Assembly (NCBI RefSeq): GCF_009834535.1
Contig: NC_045697.1
Span: 60,762,001 to 60,826,000, forward strand
Length of the DNA: 64,000 bases
Direction of reading: 5' to 3'
Origin: Camelus ferus
Lineage: Eukaryota
The number at the start of each line of letters is the position of its first letter. Position 1 is the stretch's first letter. A program made the translations under genes and the position numbers. The notes under the pieces are model-generated. The model saw only the letters and a program-made list of their open reading frames with translations, was not told the origin of the DNA and searched no databases. Shown here one piece after another: positions 27,000 to 40,315 of this stretch.

Positions 27000-28150
27000 A
27001 TAAAACTAGGAATCTAAAGCAACATCACATACCTAAGAACAACAGTAAAGACAAGAAGGAAGCAGAGGTTTCAGTCCTCCCACAACTTACTGAGCTCACT
27101 CGACTGGCCTCTGCAGAAACTAGACAGCTTTGGTGAATGGCAATCAATTATCAAAATGGGTGGTCACTCCTATTTCAGATTTTGTCTCTTTTAGGGAGCA
27201 AATCGACATAGCCCTAACACATGGTATACAACTAATGAGCTGGCAATGGTTCTTCCTCTATGTCATCTAGCATACACCACCAGAAGCACTTTGGGTGGAC
27301 AGCAGAAACATGTCACTGTTTTACTCAAGGCCATGTCACTTCTTCCTCTGTTCCCATCCAGACTGGAGTGAATATGATGGTTTTATTATCTCATAGGACA
27401 TCTTGGCTTTATGGATGGCCTCATGCTAAATGAATCTACAGGGGAGGAGGCAGTAAAAAGCCTTCATATAACACTTACATAACAGAAAATGGAAAAAAAC
27501 TTCAGCAGATTCAGATACTTCCACCTCAGTAGAGTTTCTATGGAGCCAGTGGTCTAGGTCATACTAAGATATTCCCTTATATTGAAAATTATACTTAAAT
27601 CATTAAATGTACCCTCCAAAAGGATGAACTTATGATATATAAATTAGACCACAATGAAGTTTAAAAAAAATATTCCCTCAGAACAAAAGGTGAACATTCT
27701 GACACTTATCATTAAGGAAGAGTCGCTATACTTAATGAGCCTCTATGGAATTCATAGGAACTGTCATTTTAATGTGCTATGTTAGGGTTAGGGTTGGCTA
27801 CCAGTTTGGGGTGAGGCTCAGAATGAGAGACAATCCTGAAACAGATTCAAAACCCAGTGCAAAAAATTCTACCCTTCAGGCCCATGACCTTGAAGATACA
27901 AGTGTCTGTAGTAGACAGTGGTTGTAACAGAGAATCTACACTAATGTCAAGAAGAGGATCACAGAACAGAGCCTCATGGCATTCTTCTCGAGACAGCGAT
28001 TCTTTTGGAAAGCAGGCTGATGTGCTCTTGTGAAAACTGAACACTTGACCATGGAACCCAAAATGACCATGATGAATGAACTGTCCTCTATGAACTGGGG
28101 GGTAGCTGAGTCATCAGGCTGCGTGAGAGCACTTCCTGACTGAGGAATAC
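27000..28150 (+). mobile_element. Highly degraded ERVL internal (pol/RT) fragment
   Basis: 'tggcctctgcagaaactagacagctttggtgaatggcaatcaattatc...gagcaaatcgacatagccc...tggtatacaactaatgagctggcaatg' parallels ERVL RT (WPVQK..W RMTVDY..EQIN..WYAAIDLANA); no open frame. Confidence 0.65.
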
Positions 28151-28349
28151 TTTAGCACATTTCATACATGTATGACTGACTTTGAATAGATCTTGAAGAC
28201 AGAAGTTCCCTACTTAGAACTTTTAGACTCTCATGCCACTGGCATTGTCACTTCTTCCTTTATTGCTAAGAATATTTGCTAAGAATATTTATGCTATACT
28301 CCATCAACAAGGACAACAGCCTCAGTGGTTCATGATAATGAATGTAAAT

Positions 28350-30180
28350 AACAAGAAATAAGATGGTAGAATTAAGACAAGTATATCATTAATCAAAGAG
28401 AGGTAAATGATGTAAATTCACTGTCTCAGAAACAGATTTTTATACTAGATATAAACTAATAAATAAAATCAGATAAATCCTTTTCAAAAATTGTATACTA
28501 CAAATAAAAAGCATAGGGAAATTAAAAGAAAAAGAAATGAAAATAAATTTTAAAAATTATTATTAAATCTACCACCAGGCTAATAATCATAATAATAAAA
28601 TAATAATATTCGGTAGCTCTATTAGCACTGGACAAAGTAAATAAGTTTTAAATGTTATGAAGGATGAGGGAAACCAGTGTATAATGATAAAATCTCAGTT
28701 TTCCAGGAAATTTTAAATATTCTAAACTGTTATTTTTAATCATATAACCTAAAAATAAATAATGTAGTAACTTACAAAAATGCATGAGGGAATTGACAAT
28801 TTTCAATCATATTTTCAGATTGGAAACTACCTCTCTCAGTATAAATAATGTAAACTCACTCCATGAAGGTGGGGTCTTTGGCTCTCTGCTGACTATCAAA
28901 TTCTCATTCATTTTAGTCTGTTCAGGCTGCTCTAACCAAATACCACAGACTAGGTAGCTTACAAACAACAGAAATTTATTTCTCACAATTCTGGAGCCTG
29001 GGCAGCCAAGGAAAAGGGGCTGGCATGAAGGTTCTGGTGAAGGTCTATGTCCTCCTCCCTATGTCTTCAGGTGGTGGAAGGAAAGATGGATCTCTGTGGG
29101 GTGTGGGGTTTCCCTTATAAGAACATTTATCTCATTTCATAAAGGCTCCACCCTTGTGGCCTAATCACCTCCCAAATACAGCACAAGCTAATAACCTCAT
29201 CTTTGAAGTTTAGGATTTCAACATATGAATTTTGGGAGAACCATTCTGACTAGAGCATCATTTAATACCAAGTAGGGCCTCAATAAATATCAGCTGAATA
29301 AATTATTGATGTATTCAATAGTCAAAAATATTATAAAAGCATAAAATATATAAAATAAACTTGATTTAATAGACATATGAGGATTCCTGCATCCCATGAT
29401 AAGAGAGTAAAGTCTTCACTGGTAAAATAGGATATTTACAAAAGTTAGCCATTAAACAAATCTGAAAGAGATTTTCAAAATTAGCATCATACAGACCCCA
29501 TGCACTGAAAAACATTAATTTAAAAAATAAATGACAAGAGATACATTTGAAAAATAAGGAAAAGAAACAACAGAATGAATGATAGAAAATTAGAAAAATG
29601 AAAAAACAAAAATATGAATTAATATACTAGAAAAAAGATTAAATTGATGCAGATTATCAACAGAAACAACAGTTGCTTCTTTGAGAATCCTAAAAAAGAG
29701 AAATTAAAAGGAAAGGTACAAATAAAAATGATTAGAAATGAAAAATGAAATTAATTTAAAAAGAACATTTAGAATAGAATTCCAAGAATACTCTGGACAT
29801 GCATTTGAGAATTTAAAAGAAATGGAAAAGTTCTAAAGAAATATGACTCACTGAGACTTACTTGAGAAGAAACTTCAGAATATTCTCAGCAGTTTAAAAA
29901 ATAAAAGTGCCAATAATTAAAAACTTAATTCAAAGCCAAAAAGATTAAAATAAAAAAAAACCCAAACTTTTTAAAACAGAATTCTGTTAAACTTTCAAGA
30001 AACTTATCATTCCATGACACACAAAATTTTAGGAAACAGAAAGAAGACTCCCACTTATTTTAGGGTAAGACCACCATGACAAAATTGCAATAATCCTAAA
30101 TGAAATATTAGAAACCAAATCCCACAATATATCAAACTTCTTATACATTATGATCAAGTTTGATTCATTTTAAGAACTCA
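28350..30180 (+). mobile_element. Very old L1 ORF2 (endonuclease to pre-RT) fragments
   Basis: A-rich, L1-like motifs (cttgatttaatagacatatgaggattcctgcatcc; caacagttgcttctttgaga); interrupted by MLT1. Confidence 0.65.
28909..29256 (-). mobile_element. MLT1A-like MaLR solo LTR
   Basis: 'ttagtctgttcaggctgctctaaccaaataccacagactaggtagctt...aggatttcaacatatgaattttggg' is the reverse complement of MLT1A. Confidence 0.88.
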
Positions 30181-30184
30181 GAGT

Positions 30185-31160
30185 TATACAGCTTATACAT
30201 CTTAATAAGAAAAAAAGCAAACAACCCAATCCAAAAATGGGCAGAAGACCTAAACAAGCAATTCTCCAATGAAGACAGACAAATGAGCAATAGGCACAGG
30301 AAAAAATGTTAAATACCACTAATTATAAAAGAAATGCAAATCAAATTTACAATGAGGTATCACCTCACACCCATCAAATGGCCATCATTCAAAAGTCCAC
30401 AAATGCTAAATGCTGGACAGGCTGTGGAAAAAAGGGAACCCTCCCACACTGTTGGTGGGAATATAGTTTGGGATGGCTGTTATGGAAAACAGTATGGAGA
30501 TTCCTCAAAGGACTAAAAATAGACTTACCATATGATCCAGTAATCCCACTCCTGGGCATATATCCAGAAGGAACCTTACTTCAGAAAGATATATGCACCC
30601 CAATATTCATAGCAGCACTATTTACAATAGCCAAGACATGGAAACAACCCAAATATCCATCAACAGATGACTGGATAAAGAAGCTGTGGTGTATTTATAC
30701 AATGGAATACTACTCAGCCATAAAATAGAATAAAATAATGCCATTCGCAGCAACATGGACCAAGAGATCATCATTCTAAGTGAAATGAACCAGAAAGAGA
30801 AAGAAAAATATCATAGGATATCATTTATATGTGGAATCTAAAAAAAAGACAAATAAACTTGTTTACAAAACAGAAACAGATTCACAGACGTAGAAAACAA
30901 ACTTATGATTACCAGGAGGGGAAGGGAGTTGAGAGGGATAAATTGGGAGTTCGAGATTTGCACATACTAACTAATATATATAAAATAGATAAACAAGTTC
31001 ATACCATATATCATGGGGAACTATATTCAATATCTTATAGTAACTTATGGTGAAAAAGAATATAAAAATGAATGTATGTCCATGTATGACTGAAGCATTA
31101 TGTTGTACATCAGAAATTGACACAACATTGTAAACTGACTATACTTCAATAAAAAATATT
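30185..31160 (+). mobile_element. Young lineage-specific L1 3' end (~1 kb)
   Basis: ORF 30306..30728 has the L1 ORF2 C-terminus (HCWWE...[11 protein letters not shown]...WIKKLWCIYTMEYYSAIK); same 3' UTR as 22013-22491. Confidence 0.95.
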
Positions 31161-32944
31161 TTTATAATCACAAAAAATATTTTATGCAGTCACAAATAGA
31201 AAATATAACAAAAATACAGTATTTGCAAAAAATATATATACACAGCATTTATACTATACAGTATATATATAATATATACTATATAATGTCTATCTATATA
31301 GTATATAATGTTCTAAGCAAATTATATATAATTTTCTTGCAAGAAAAATAAAATACATACAAAATATTAAACATTTTGAAACTTTTTTGGAAGACCTAAA
31401 TGAATGAAGAGATAATGCTCGTGAATAGTTCAGTTCTTCCCAAATTTATCAACAAGACTTTTCATGGAATTTAACAATCTGCCTCTAAAATTTAAATGCA
31501 TGGCAAAATAACCAACACAGGCAGCAAAATCACAGATTGTACAGAACAAGAAATGTATTATAAACTTTAGGAGGACTCATGCTGGCTGCATTTCCTGCTC
31601 TCCTTAATGTGATTTGTAGAATCAGGGAAGAAAATATAAAGGTTACGTAAGAGCCATGATGCAGAAGTTGGCTCATAAAATGTGGCTTTCAAAGCAATGT
31701 AAAAGTGAAACCAGTCCAATCTGAGCTTCACAGCTAACCTAAACAGTTTTTGTTCTTTGGCGGTTTAGAGGATGCTCATCATTTAAATGTAAATATATTT
31801 AATGTAAAAAATACCAGCATATGTTGAATTTCAAGAAACAGAACAGTGCAAATGTTTTACAGCCAAAATTTGCACCTCTAGATCAGAATCATTGTCAGGT
31901 CTGAATTTTTTTCTAAATTACATTTCTTATACTAAATAACGCCTCATTTACAAAATGTTTTTTGTTTGCTAAATACTTATGGGAAATATATGTTTTACGC
32001 ATTGTTGATAGAAGGAGAAAAATTACATTACCTGACTGAAAACAGTCCCTATGTTTAGTAAGAAATGTGGGGTTTTAATTATTATTTTACTTTGTTTCCA
32101 CTTTTTGATCTTAATATCATGATAGCTAAAAACCCCTTTTTTAGGAGAAAAAACCAAAAAAACTTAATAATTTCACAGATAATTGAACGTACACTAACAA
32201 CACATACATATTATATACCAAAATACATATAAATATAAAACACCCTATATTTTATGTGAAATTCTAGATACTTTTATCAGTGTGTTTCATATTAAACATA
32301 CTAAGATTAAAAAGCCAATTCATTTGTGGGATACATATCCACTAGTAAAAGTGAAAACTTTCATTTAAAAGGTCCTAATAAATTCCACTTTAAGAGTACA
32401 TTTATGGGAACAGCTACCTACTAAGCTATATTGTTCCTTCAGATCCTGCCTTCCTTTTCTGTGATTAATACAATGTCCCCTGACTATCATAAAGTAACTC
32501 AGTTTTTTATATTTAGAAAAGGTGTTTTCAGCAGGTATATCCACGTTACACACAACACTTCAACTTTTAGGTCTCATTTGATTATTTGCTATTACACTAC
32601 AGTCATTTTGATATGCCCATTGGATGTTCATCTGAGCTCTCTGTGACAAACAAAAGCACAAAATGAGAGCCACCTGTTTTTCCTGATACATGGGCGTGTA
32701 TGTGTGTGTATATTTCTTTGCCATGAGATAGTTAATAATGCCCCACTTTGGAAAAGAAATATCCAAGATCAATTAATATGATATTTGACTAAATTCTTCT
32801 GTTAGATGATCTAAGCCTTATTACAGATTTCAGATGAGTCAGTCATCAGCCATTTTTAAATTCTTCCCAGGCCAAATGATCTGATGATATAATTATAAAG
32901 TCATAATTGATGATATAGTGTGTGTGCCTTTAAATTTGGTGATG

Positions 32945-33215
32945 AGACTGGAACTTCATATGCAGTTAAATTAATCTAGACACAGACCTTACACCTTTCA
33001 CAAAAATCAACTCAAAATGGGTCATAGATCTAAGTGTAAAATGCCAACTATAAAATTTCTAGAAGACATCATAGAAAGAAATCTAAGTAACATTAGTCTT
33101 GGAAATGACTTTTTAGTACAACAGCACAGTCTGTAAAAAGAAAAATTGATAAGTTGGACTTCATTTAAATTAAATATTTTTGTTTTTTCAAAAGACACTA
33201 ATGAATAAAAATTCA
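32945..33215 (+). mobile_element. L1 ORF2 fragment
   Basis: 'gaccttacacctttcacaaaaatcaactcaaaatgggtcatagatctaagtgtaaaa...'. Confidence 0.85.
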
Positions 33216-33506
33216 ATATGAAGGTTTTGGCACCCAGGTTTGGACTGTAAATATACTAGACCCTAATCTACAATAAGGGACTTACTTCCTCTATTATGAC
33301 ATCCATACAAAAAAGTTTATCTGCTTGATTCACAAAATAGAGTAGATCCGAATTTCTGTTTTGAATATTTATTATTGTTCATAGTCTTCTACTAGATAAC
33401 CCAGGTTCTTTGGCTCTTGTACTTTCCTCAGAACTTTTTCCTACCATCATAGAAAATTTTAGAGAATTAATTGAACACATTTCCCCCTCATTTTTTTATT
33501 TTGCAG

Positions 33507-33518
33507 ATTGATATTTGA
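33507..33518 (+). other. Candidate 12-nt microexon
   Basis: ttccccctcatttttttattttgcag|ATTGATATTTGA|gtaagt. Confidence 0.2.
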
Positions 33519-34429
33519 GTAAGTTTCTGAAACTCTAGACTTTATATTTCTCACTCCAAATAACTGATCTAATGTGTCCTCTGAACAACATGGGATTATT
33601 ATGTGTGCGTGAATGTAACTGCTTTCTCAATGGCAATAATCTCCACATCTATTATACATACAACTTACAGTACCCAATCTGTAGATAAATATTGACAATA
33701 AATATCAGTCAAGGACCTGGAATTTTGTAAATATCAAATATTTGATGTTACATGGAGTATAAAAACAAGGGAACAATAACCTGTATATGTATAAAAATTT
33801 TAAACTTAAAATTCATTGAGATGTCCAGTTAATACGTAAGATGCAAAATAATGAATCACGTTAGATAATTTTCTGTTTTTTCAGTATGATCCAACTAAAA
33901 ATCAGGAGCATGTGAAAAACAGGTGTAACAGTTTTAATTAGTTGTCTCAGTTGCTGGAGATGATCCTTTTACACTTTCTGACATTCAAAAATTAAAATGC
34001 GATTGTCTCTTTTCAAAGCACAAGAGATGTAAGGCTTTTAATAATATTGTTAAATTATTACCTTTACGATTATTTAATCTACAACTTTTTGCTGCCCAAC
34101 ATTTACTGATTTCATTTTTGTACATTCATGTTTGATTGTTCGTTTGCTAAGCAGAACTCAGAAGGGGAAATGTTTTCTGCCTCTTCTGAATAAGGCTTTC
34201 ACAGTGTTTTAAGTGACCAAATACTTTTCATATTTATTGTATACACATTTCAGATATAATATGATCACATTTAGGAATGATATTTGATAATCTTTTTTCC
34301 TGGACTTGAACACACACACATACACAAACTTTCCTTTTCCTTAAATGAAATCATGTCAAATGACTTTGAAAGTCAACAAACCTGATTTAACTAACCCTGA
34401 ATTTGAATGTGATCTCAAATATTTATTAA

Positions 34430-34960
34430 GCCATCGTTTATTGAGTATATACTTTGTGTGAAATGTAAAAAGTCTCTCAGGATATTAAAGTGAATAGTAT
34501 ATAATCTTTGCTCTCAAGGAAAGTCTAGTAGAGAGGACAAACATGTTGAGAAGATATTACAATAACCTCTAATGCTATACTGCTATAGTGTAGTTACGTT
34601 ATAATAACCCTGGGAACCTTTTAAGAGATTTGACTGTACTTTGGACAATTCTTCACCAAGGAATTTGTGCTTGTATTATTTATGTAATGCGAGCAGATAT
34701 TAATCAAAATAGAGTACAATTCCAAACAAAGAATATATACTGTCTACCAATAACTGGATTCATACTTAGGTTCAGCTACCTCTTAGATGTAGCTCAGGAA
34801 CCTTTTCCAGATTAAAAAACATCTGTGTTCTTCAACATTATTATATCAAAAATAAGGATAACAGTAATTCTTACCTCATGTAAGACAACTACCATGTGTA
34901 GACAAGTTCCTGGCACATGATTAGCTCTCAGTAAATTTTGACTGCCTTACTATTATTATT
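34430..34960. mobile_element. L2 fragment (~34430-34620) and MIR (~34790-34960)
   Basis: 'tttattgagtatatactttgtg...ctctcaaggaaagtctagtag' (L2 end); 'aaaataaggataacagtaattcttacctcat...cctggcacatgattagctctcagtaaa' (MIR). Confidence 0.6.
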
Positions 34961-35136
34961 ATTGTTATAATTATTATTGTTATATTATTATTAAATGCAA
35001 AAGGTACCATTTTGCTGCAGGTTGCAATTTCAGCTCTGCCTCAGTTCAGGTATTTTTTCAGACTTTGGAGAGCCCTATACAGGCAGCTCAGCCATCTTTC
35101 TGCTAATTTTGTTGTATCCTTCTTTCCCTTTTCTAG

Positions 35137-35189
35137 TGTCAGGAATATTCTGATTCTACATCCAATAATTTAATTTGTACTCTGTTTTG
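35137..35189 (+). other. Candidate exon (53 nt)
   Basis: Branch-point-like tgctaat (35101), long pyrimidine tract, ttttctag|, donor TTG|GTAAGT; one reading gives CQEYSDSTSNNLICTLF, not recognised. Confidence 0.4.
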
Positions 35190-35259
35190 GTAAGTTTTTC
35201 ACTGATTATCCTTTTTTCCTGAGTCCTTGTTATAGTGAACCCAGATGTGACATGCCTTA

Positions 35260-37030
35260 TACTAGACTCTGAGAAGACCAGGGTAAGCAAAAAGACACAG
35301 TGTCTTTCTCCTCCTATAGAGCTTAGCATCTAGTTAATTGTATACTTAAACTTTGATAATATTAGAAAGAAATTTGAATAATATTATCACAGTCTATAGT
35401 AGGTGAATATGACTTTATGATTTCAGGGAAAGCTCTGGTAGGAAGTTTTAGATGAGATCTGAAATATAATTCAGAGTTTATAAAGTGAAGGGGAGAGGGA
35501 GGATGAAGAGGTTAAGGATTTGAATGAATGTCAATATGCCTGCAATGTGCAAACTAGGGGGAGCAAATCTTGAGATGGGGCTGAAGACGTTGGCCAGTTT
35601 CAGATCATGCATGGTCTTGTAGGCAATGTTGAGATCTTTAGATTCTGTTTATTATTATTGTTTTTGTTTTCTTCTTTAAAAATTCTGAGTCCTGGGAAAT
35701 CACTGAAATGGTGCACGTGTCTGTATGTGTCTGTGTGTGTATATACTTGTGTGTATCTGGGGTGGAATAAATGATAAAATTAAATTTGAGTTTTAAAAAA
35801 GTCAGTATCCAATTTATACAAAATTTCAATACTTTCATGTTTCTTGTCAGATCTCTTCAGGAACATTAAAGGACTTCTTTCTGCTGATATTTCTCTTCGG
35901 CATTTTTTCGCCCCTCTGAATGATTAGAGTGCTTGCAATTCCTAAGTGTTCTGCCTGCATGTACCTGGAATACATACCTTCTCATACTGGGCATCAATGA
36001 CATCTTCAAAGCCTATTCTTTAGTGTTTGCTATCATTCATTGTAGATACCAGTTTCTGTTTTCTCACATTCCTCTCATGGCTTGGGTCCTGGCCCAAGTG
36101 AATTGGTCTAATTTTTGATGTTCATATTTCTTCTTTTTATCCAGCTATCCCGCCACCAACTTAAACTCTTAGATACACTTTGGCATCTTGAAGAACCAAT
36201 TAAATCTGAGCTCAAATTTTAAGTACAGATGCCCCTACTATAAAGGATGTTTTCAATGTATATATGAAAATAGACATTTTAACCTACTTTGCTTTGTCTT
36301 TTTTAGTCATTTGCAAGCAGGAATTGGAACAAGAATAACTACTGGGAATTAGCCTAAATTCATGGAAACGCTCAATTTTTCTGGATCTGATTTTAACCCT
36401 AGGGCAGTGCTTTTGACAGCATATGGTTTAGATTTGGCATAAGAGTGGAAGCATGCTGAAAGCACTGCCTAGGGATTCACAGTACTTTAATACAGAAGTG
36501 TTCCAGTTAGATTTGGTCAGAGATCACAGAAACACATTTCCAGAGAATGCTACAATGCATAAAACGTACTAGAGAATACACAATAAAACCCCCGGACCAC
36601 AATTAAGCAGCCACTATTAGGCAAACTACTATATTTCAGGTAATGTAGTACACATTGGGGACATAAAGATTTTGAGGTTTTGGTCCCCTATTACAATTAT
36701 AACTTTGACCTAGTTCTTTCCTTAAACAGCTCACATTATAAAGGTATAAGAGATACCTACAAATAGAATGTGAAAGTACTAGCCAAGAAATTTTGCTAAA
36801 AAGCCTACGAGAATCTAGGGAAATCAGCTATTTGCTCAGGCAGTGGTGGGGAGGTAAGGTATTGCAAAGTAGGTGACATTTAATCTGGAACATAAAAATT
36901 GAGCATGATGTTTCTAGGAGTGAGGGATGACATTTCAGGTAAATGGAAAGATAGACATCAAAGTAGAGAGATGTGAAATTGCATGGTCAAGAATATCATT
37001 CAGGAGTACTAAAAATTATGTGTAGGAATA
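35260..37030 (-). mobile_element. Scattered L2 fragments (~35260-35640, ~36600-37030)
   Basis: L2 motifs 'cagatcatgcatggtcttgtaggcaatg' and 'aggtgacatttaatctggaac'. Confidence 0.55.
36405..36467. mobile_element. Tiny hAT/Charlie-like MITE forming a hairpin
   Basis: CAGTGCTTT...AAAGCACTG inverted termini; flanks CCCTAGGG / CCTAGGGA resemble an 8-bp TA-centred TSD. Confidence 0.45.
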
Positions 37031-37249
37031 TGATAAAGAATTGAGTTAAAATTTGTGTCAGTTCACAAGTAATACATCTTTAGGATTGATGCCTAGCTTC
37101 AACATATTTTAAGTCCTGATTGGATAAAAGTGATCTTGGATTGTAAGTAATCTAGCTACTTTACAACCACAAAAATACATTCTAGAAGAAGATAATATCC
37201 TAGGCCTCAATTTACTGCTATAAGACTGTCAGCACACAATCCAAAATAA

Positions 37250-37990
37250 ATAGATATACAAAGAGACTAGGTAAAGTTGATACCAAGAGGGAGAATAAGC
37301 AGAAGTTAAAGTTATCAAATATGGACTCTAAAAAAATAGTATATTAGACATGTTAGAGAAAATAAATGACAAGTTAGAGAATTTTCACAGTTAAATGGAA
37401 ACTATTCAAATGTTTACTAAAAATTCTAGATTTGAAAAATTCATAGGTAAACTTATCCATTTAATAGATGAGTTTTAAATAGATTAGACATAACAGAAAA
37501 GATCATCTGAAAACCGAAAAATTGCTAAGAAATAAATATGCAAAGCACTGAAAGCAAAAGTTAGAAAATCAGAGAAAAGTGAGAGACATGATGGAAATAC
37601 AATTCATGGTATAACATACTGATAATCTGAGTCCTCAAAAACAAGAGAGAGAGGATGAGAAGGAAACATTTCAAAAGGTAATGGTTCAGAGTTTTCCAAA
37701 ACACAAGTGTTGGCAAATTATAATATCAAGAACTATTATAAACTCAAACATATTTAAACATGTTATAGCTGCTAAAATGTAAGAACAAAGAAAATCTCAA
37801 AAGCAGCCAGAGGGAAAAAGGCATATTTTCCCCAGAAGAAAAAAAAAAAGTAAGACTATAGCTAATTTCTCAAGAAATACTGTAATTTCAGGAGATAAAA
37901 TAAGAAATACTTTTAAAGCTGAAAGAAAATAACTGTCAACCTAGAACCCTATACCTAGTAAAAGTATTCTTAAAAAGCAAAACAAAATCA
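37250..37990 (+). mobile_element. Old L1 ORF1 fragment
   Basis: ORF1-like motifs: 'aaagaaaatctcaaaagcagccagagggaaaaag', 'aaagaaaataactgtcaacctagaaccctatacc'. Confidence 0.75.
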
Positions 37991-37999
37991 AAAAAACCC

Positions 38000-38430
38000 T
38001 GACTTCTTCTTCCAGCTAAAATGAGTTAACTAGGACTGGGATCTCTCTCCTATCTGAAACAACCAGAAAAGGTTAACCAAATTTATCAAACAACAATTTC
38101 TGAACTACTGAACATCAGGCAACAAAGGAGAGACTTCCCAGAGAGACAGGAAACATATAAGGTAAGTCCAATGATTGCCCCAGCTTAATATTTGAGATAA
38201 TTTCCAGGCTGTAGCATAGAGAGGTGAACACATGCAGATCTTAGCAAACTCCCTGAATTTATAAGACAGAGCTGATGGTCCTGAGGGAGAAAAGTAATTA
38301 GAGGTTAGTGGACAGAGTGTAAGAGAGGGGAGAGCTCACAGACAGAAAGTCAGCCATCCGCAGAAGATCATTCTGAAATATTCAGCAATACTTATGAGTG
38401 CATGTATGTGAGAAAACTACTTCACACTTC

Positions 38431-38461
<31 letters not shown>

Positions 38462-39800
38462 GAGAGAAAACATCCAAAAGGATTAGAATAAACATATTTG
38501 GCACCAACACATGGCGGGTGCCTATATTCCCCAGCCAGATGGAAAAATCTCATAATTCATTGGGTATTGGATAGAGTATACAGAAAAGTCTTGCCTCAGT
38601 ATTGGGAAATAATTAGGTCAAGATTACACTATGATGGACTTCTGTCGAATAAATCTTAAAGGGATCTCACTGATTCCAAATAAATTATCTATGTCCTAGA
38701 GAAAAATACCAAATATTTACAGAGATACAAGACCCAGCACTCAAGCATCTGACAAGGTATAATTCACAACTTACAGATTGTCCGGCATGGGAAAAAGCAG
38801 CAAAATGAAACTCTAGGAGAAAATCCAAACAATCAAAATTGATCAAGAACTAACACAGATGTTAGATAGTAGCTTTAGCAGATAAGGATATTAAAAATTA
38901 TTGCAACCATATTCGACATGTTAAAAATTAAAGTAGAAACGTTGGAAGTATGTTTTAAAGACCTGAAATATAAATTTTGGAGATGAAAACTTTAGTGACT
39001 AAAAAGAAAAATACTCTAAAGGGATTAAAGTCAGACAGGATATTTCAGAAGGAAAAAAAATTGTGAACTCGATTATACAGCAATAGAGACTATCAGAGAC
39101 TATCCAAATGATCATACAGAGAAAAAATTAAAAATAAAGAGTACCAGTGAGCTGTGAGGCAATTTCAGTTTGCTTGTTACAAGCGTAGCTGGATTCTCCA
39201 AAAGATGGAATAGAGGAAGGAGACAGTAAAACATTCATTGAAAAAATAACAGCCTGCAATTATCCAAATTTGAGGAAAACTGTAATTTCAGATCCAAGAA
39301 GTTCAAGACAACCAAGTATATCACTTGCAGTGATGTGAAAAGTTAGCTGGTATACAATAAACATGGAAGCAACCAATTAAAAAATTTTATAAGCCAAAAA
39401 TGGAGAGTAACTGGAATCACTGAAAAAAACACAATACAAAAGCAGACATAAATAAAGGAAAAAGCAGACAAAGAACATATGAGGCAAAAGGAAAACCAAT
39501 AGCAAGATGGTAGACAGAAATCTAACTTTATCAATAATTGCACTAAATGTAAATGTTCTAAACATCCAAATTAGAAGTTATATTAGATAAAAATGCAACA
39601 CACAACTATATGTTGTCTACAAGAAATGTACTTTAAATATAAAGGCAAAAGTAGTTTAAAAGTAAAATAATAAAAATACGTACAATGTTAACTTTAATCA
39701 AAATAAAACTAGAAGCTACAATTAATATAAAAACTAGATTTTAAACATTATATTGCTAGAGATTAAAGAGAGATGTTTTACAAGGATAAAGGGGTCAAGT
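38000..39800 (+). mobile_element. Old L1 (L1M4/MC/MD-type) 5' UTR, ORF1 and start of ORF2
   Basis: 5' UTR 'gacttcttcttccagctaaaatgagttaactaggactgg...', ORF1 motifs, ORF2 start 'atcaataattgcactaaatgtaaatg'; contains poly(A)/(GA)n at 38432-38466. Confidence 0.75.
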
Positions 39801-39969
39801 CTTCATTTCTATCATGGACAAACACCTGCACTAGACATTTCAGTACATTTACACGTGTGTTACATATAATATATATTTATATAAATTTCTTTAACTTTAT
39901 ATCTATTTTAAATTAAAGATGAATCTATGGGTTTCATTTTATGTAGAAATGGAGTATTATAAAATATTT

Positions 39970-40315
39970 GCTATTAAATATAGTTGATGCAACACATGAA
40001 CTTCAAAAACACGTTAAGTGAAAGAAGCTAGACTAAACAAAATACATACTGTGTGACTGCATTTATGAAAAATTCAAGAAAAGATAAAGTTAATATAGTG
40101 TAAGAAAGTAGATCAAAAGAGGAAGGTCGTTCAGGAAAAGTCATGTCAAGATCAACTGCAGTGAAGTACAAGACTACTTTTTCAGGTGCTGCACAATATC
40201 ATGATTGTTGTGGCTGTTGAATAGATATATACACATACTTCTCAAAACTCATCAAGTGGTATGCTTAAATTATCTCCATTTTAAATAAATTACATCTAAA
40301 TAAAAGTTTTTAAAA
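39970..40315 (+). mobile_element. Old L1 3' UTR fragment
   Basis: 'gttaagtgaaagaagctagac...aatacatactgtgtgactgcatttat'. Confidence 0.7.

Noticed and set aside
27780..27795. gttagggttagggtt telomere-like motif
   Set aside because: Only two units, inside degraded ERVL sequence; expected by chance.
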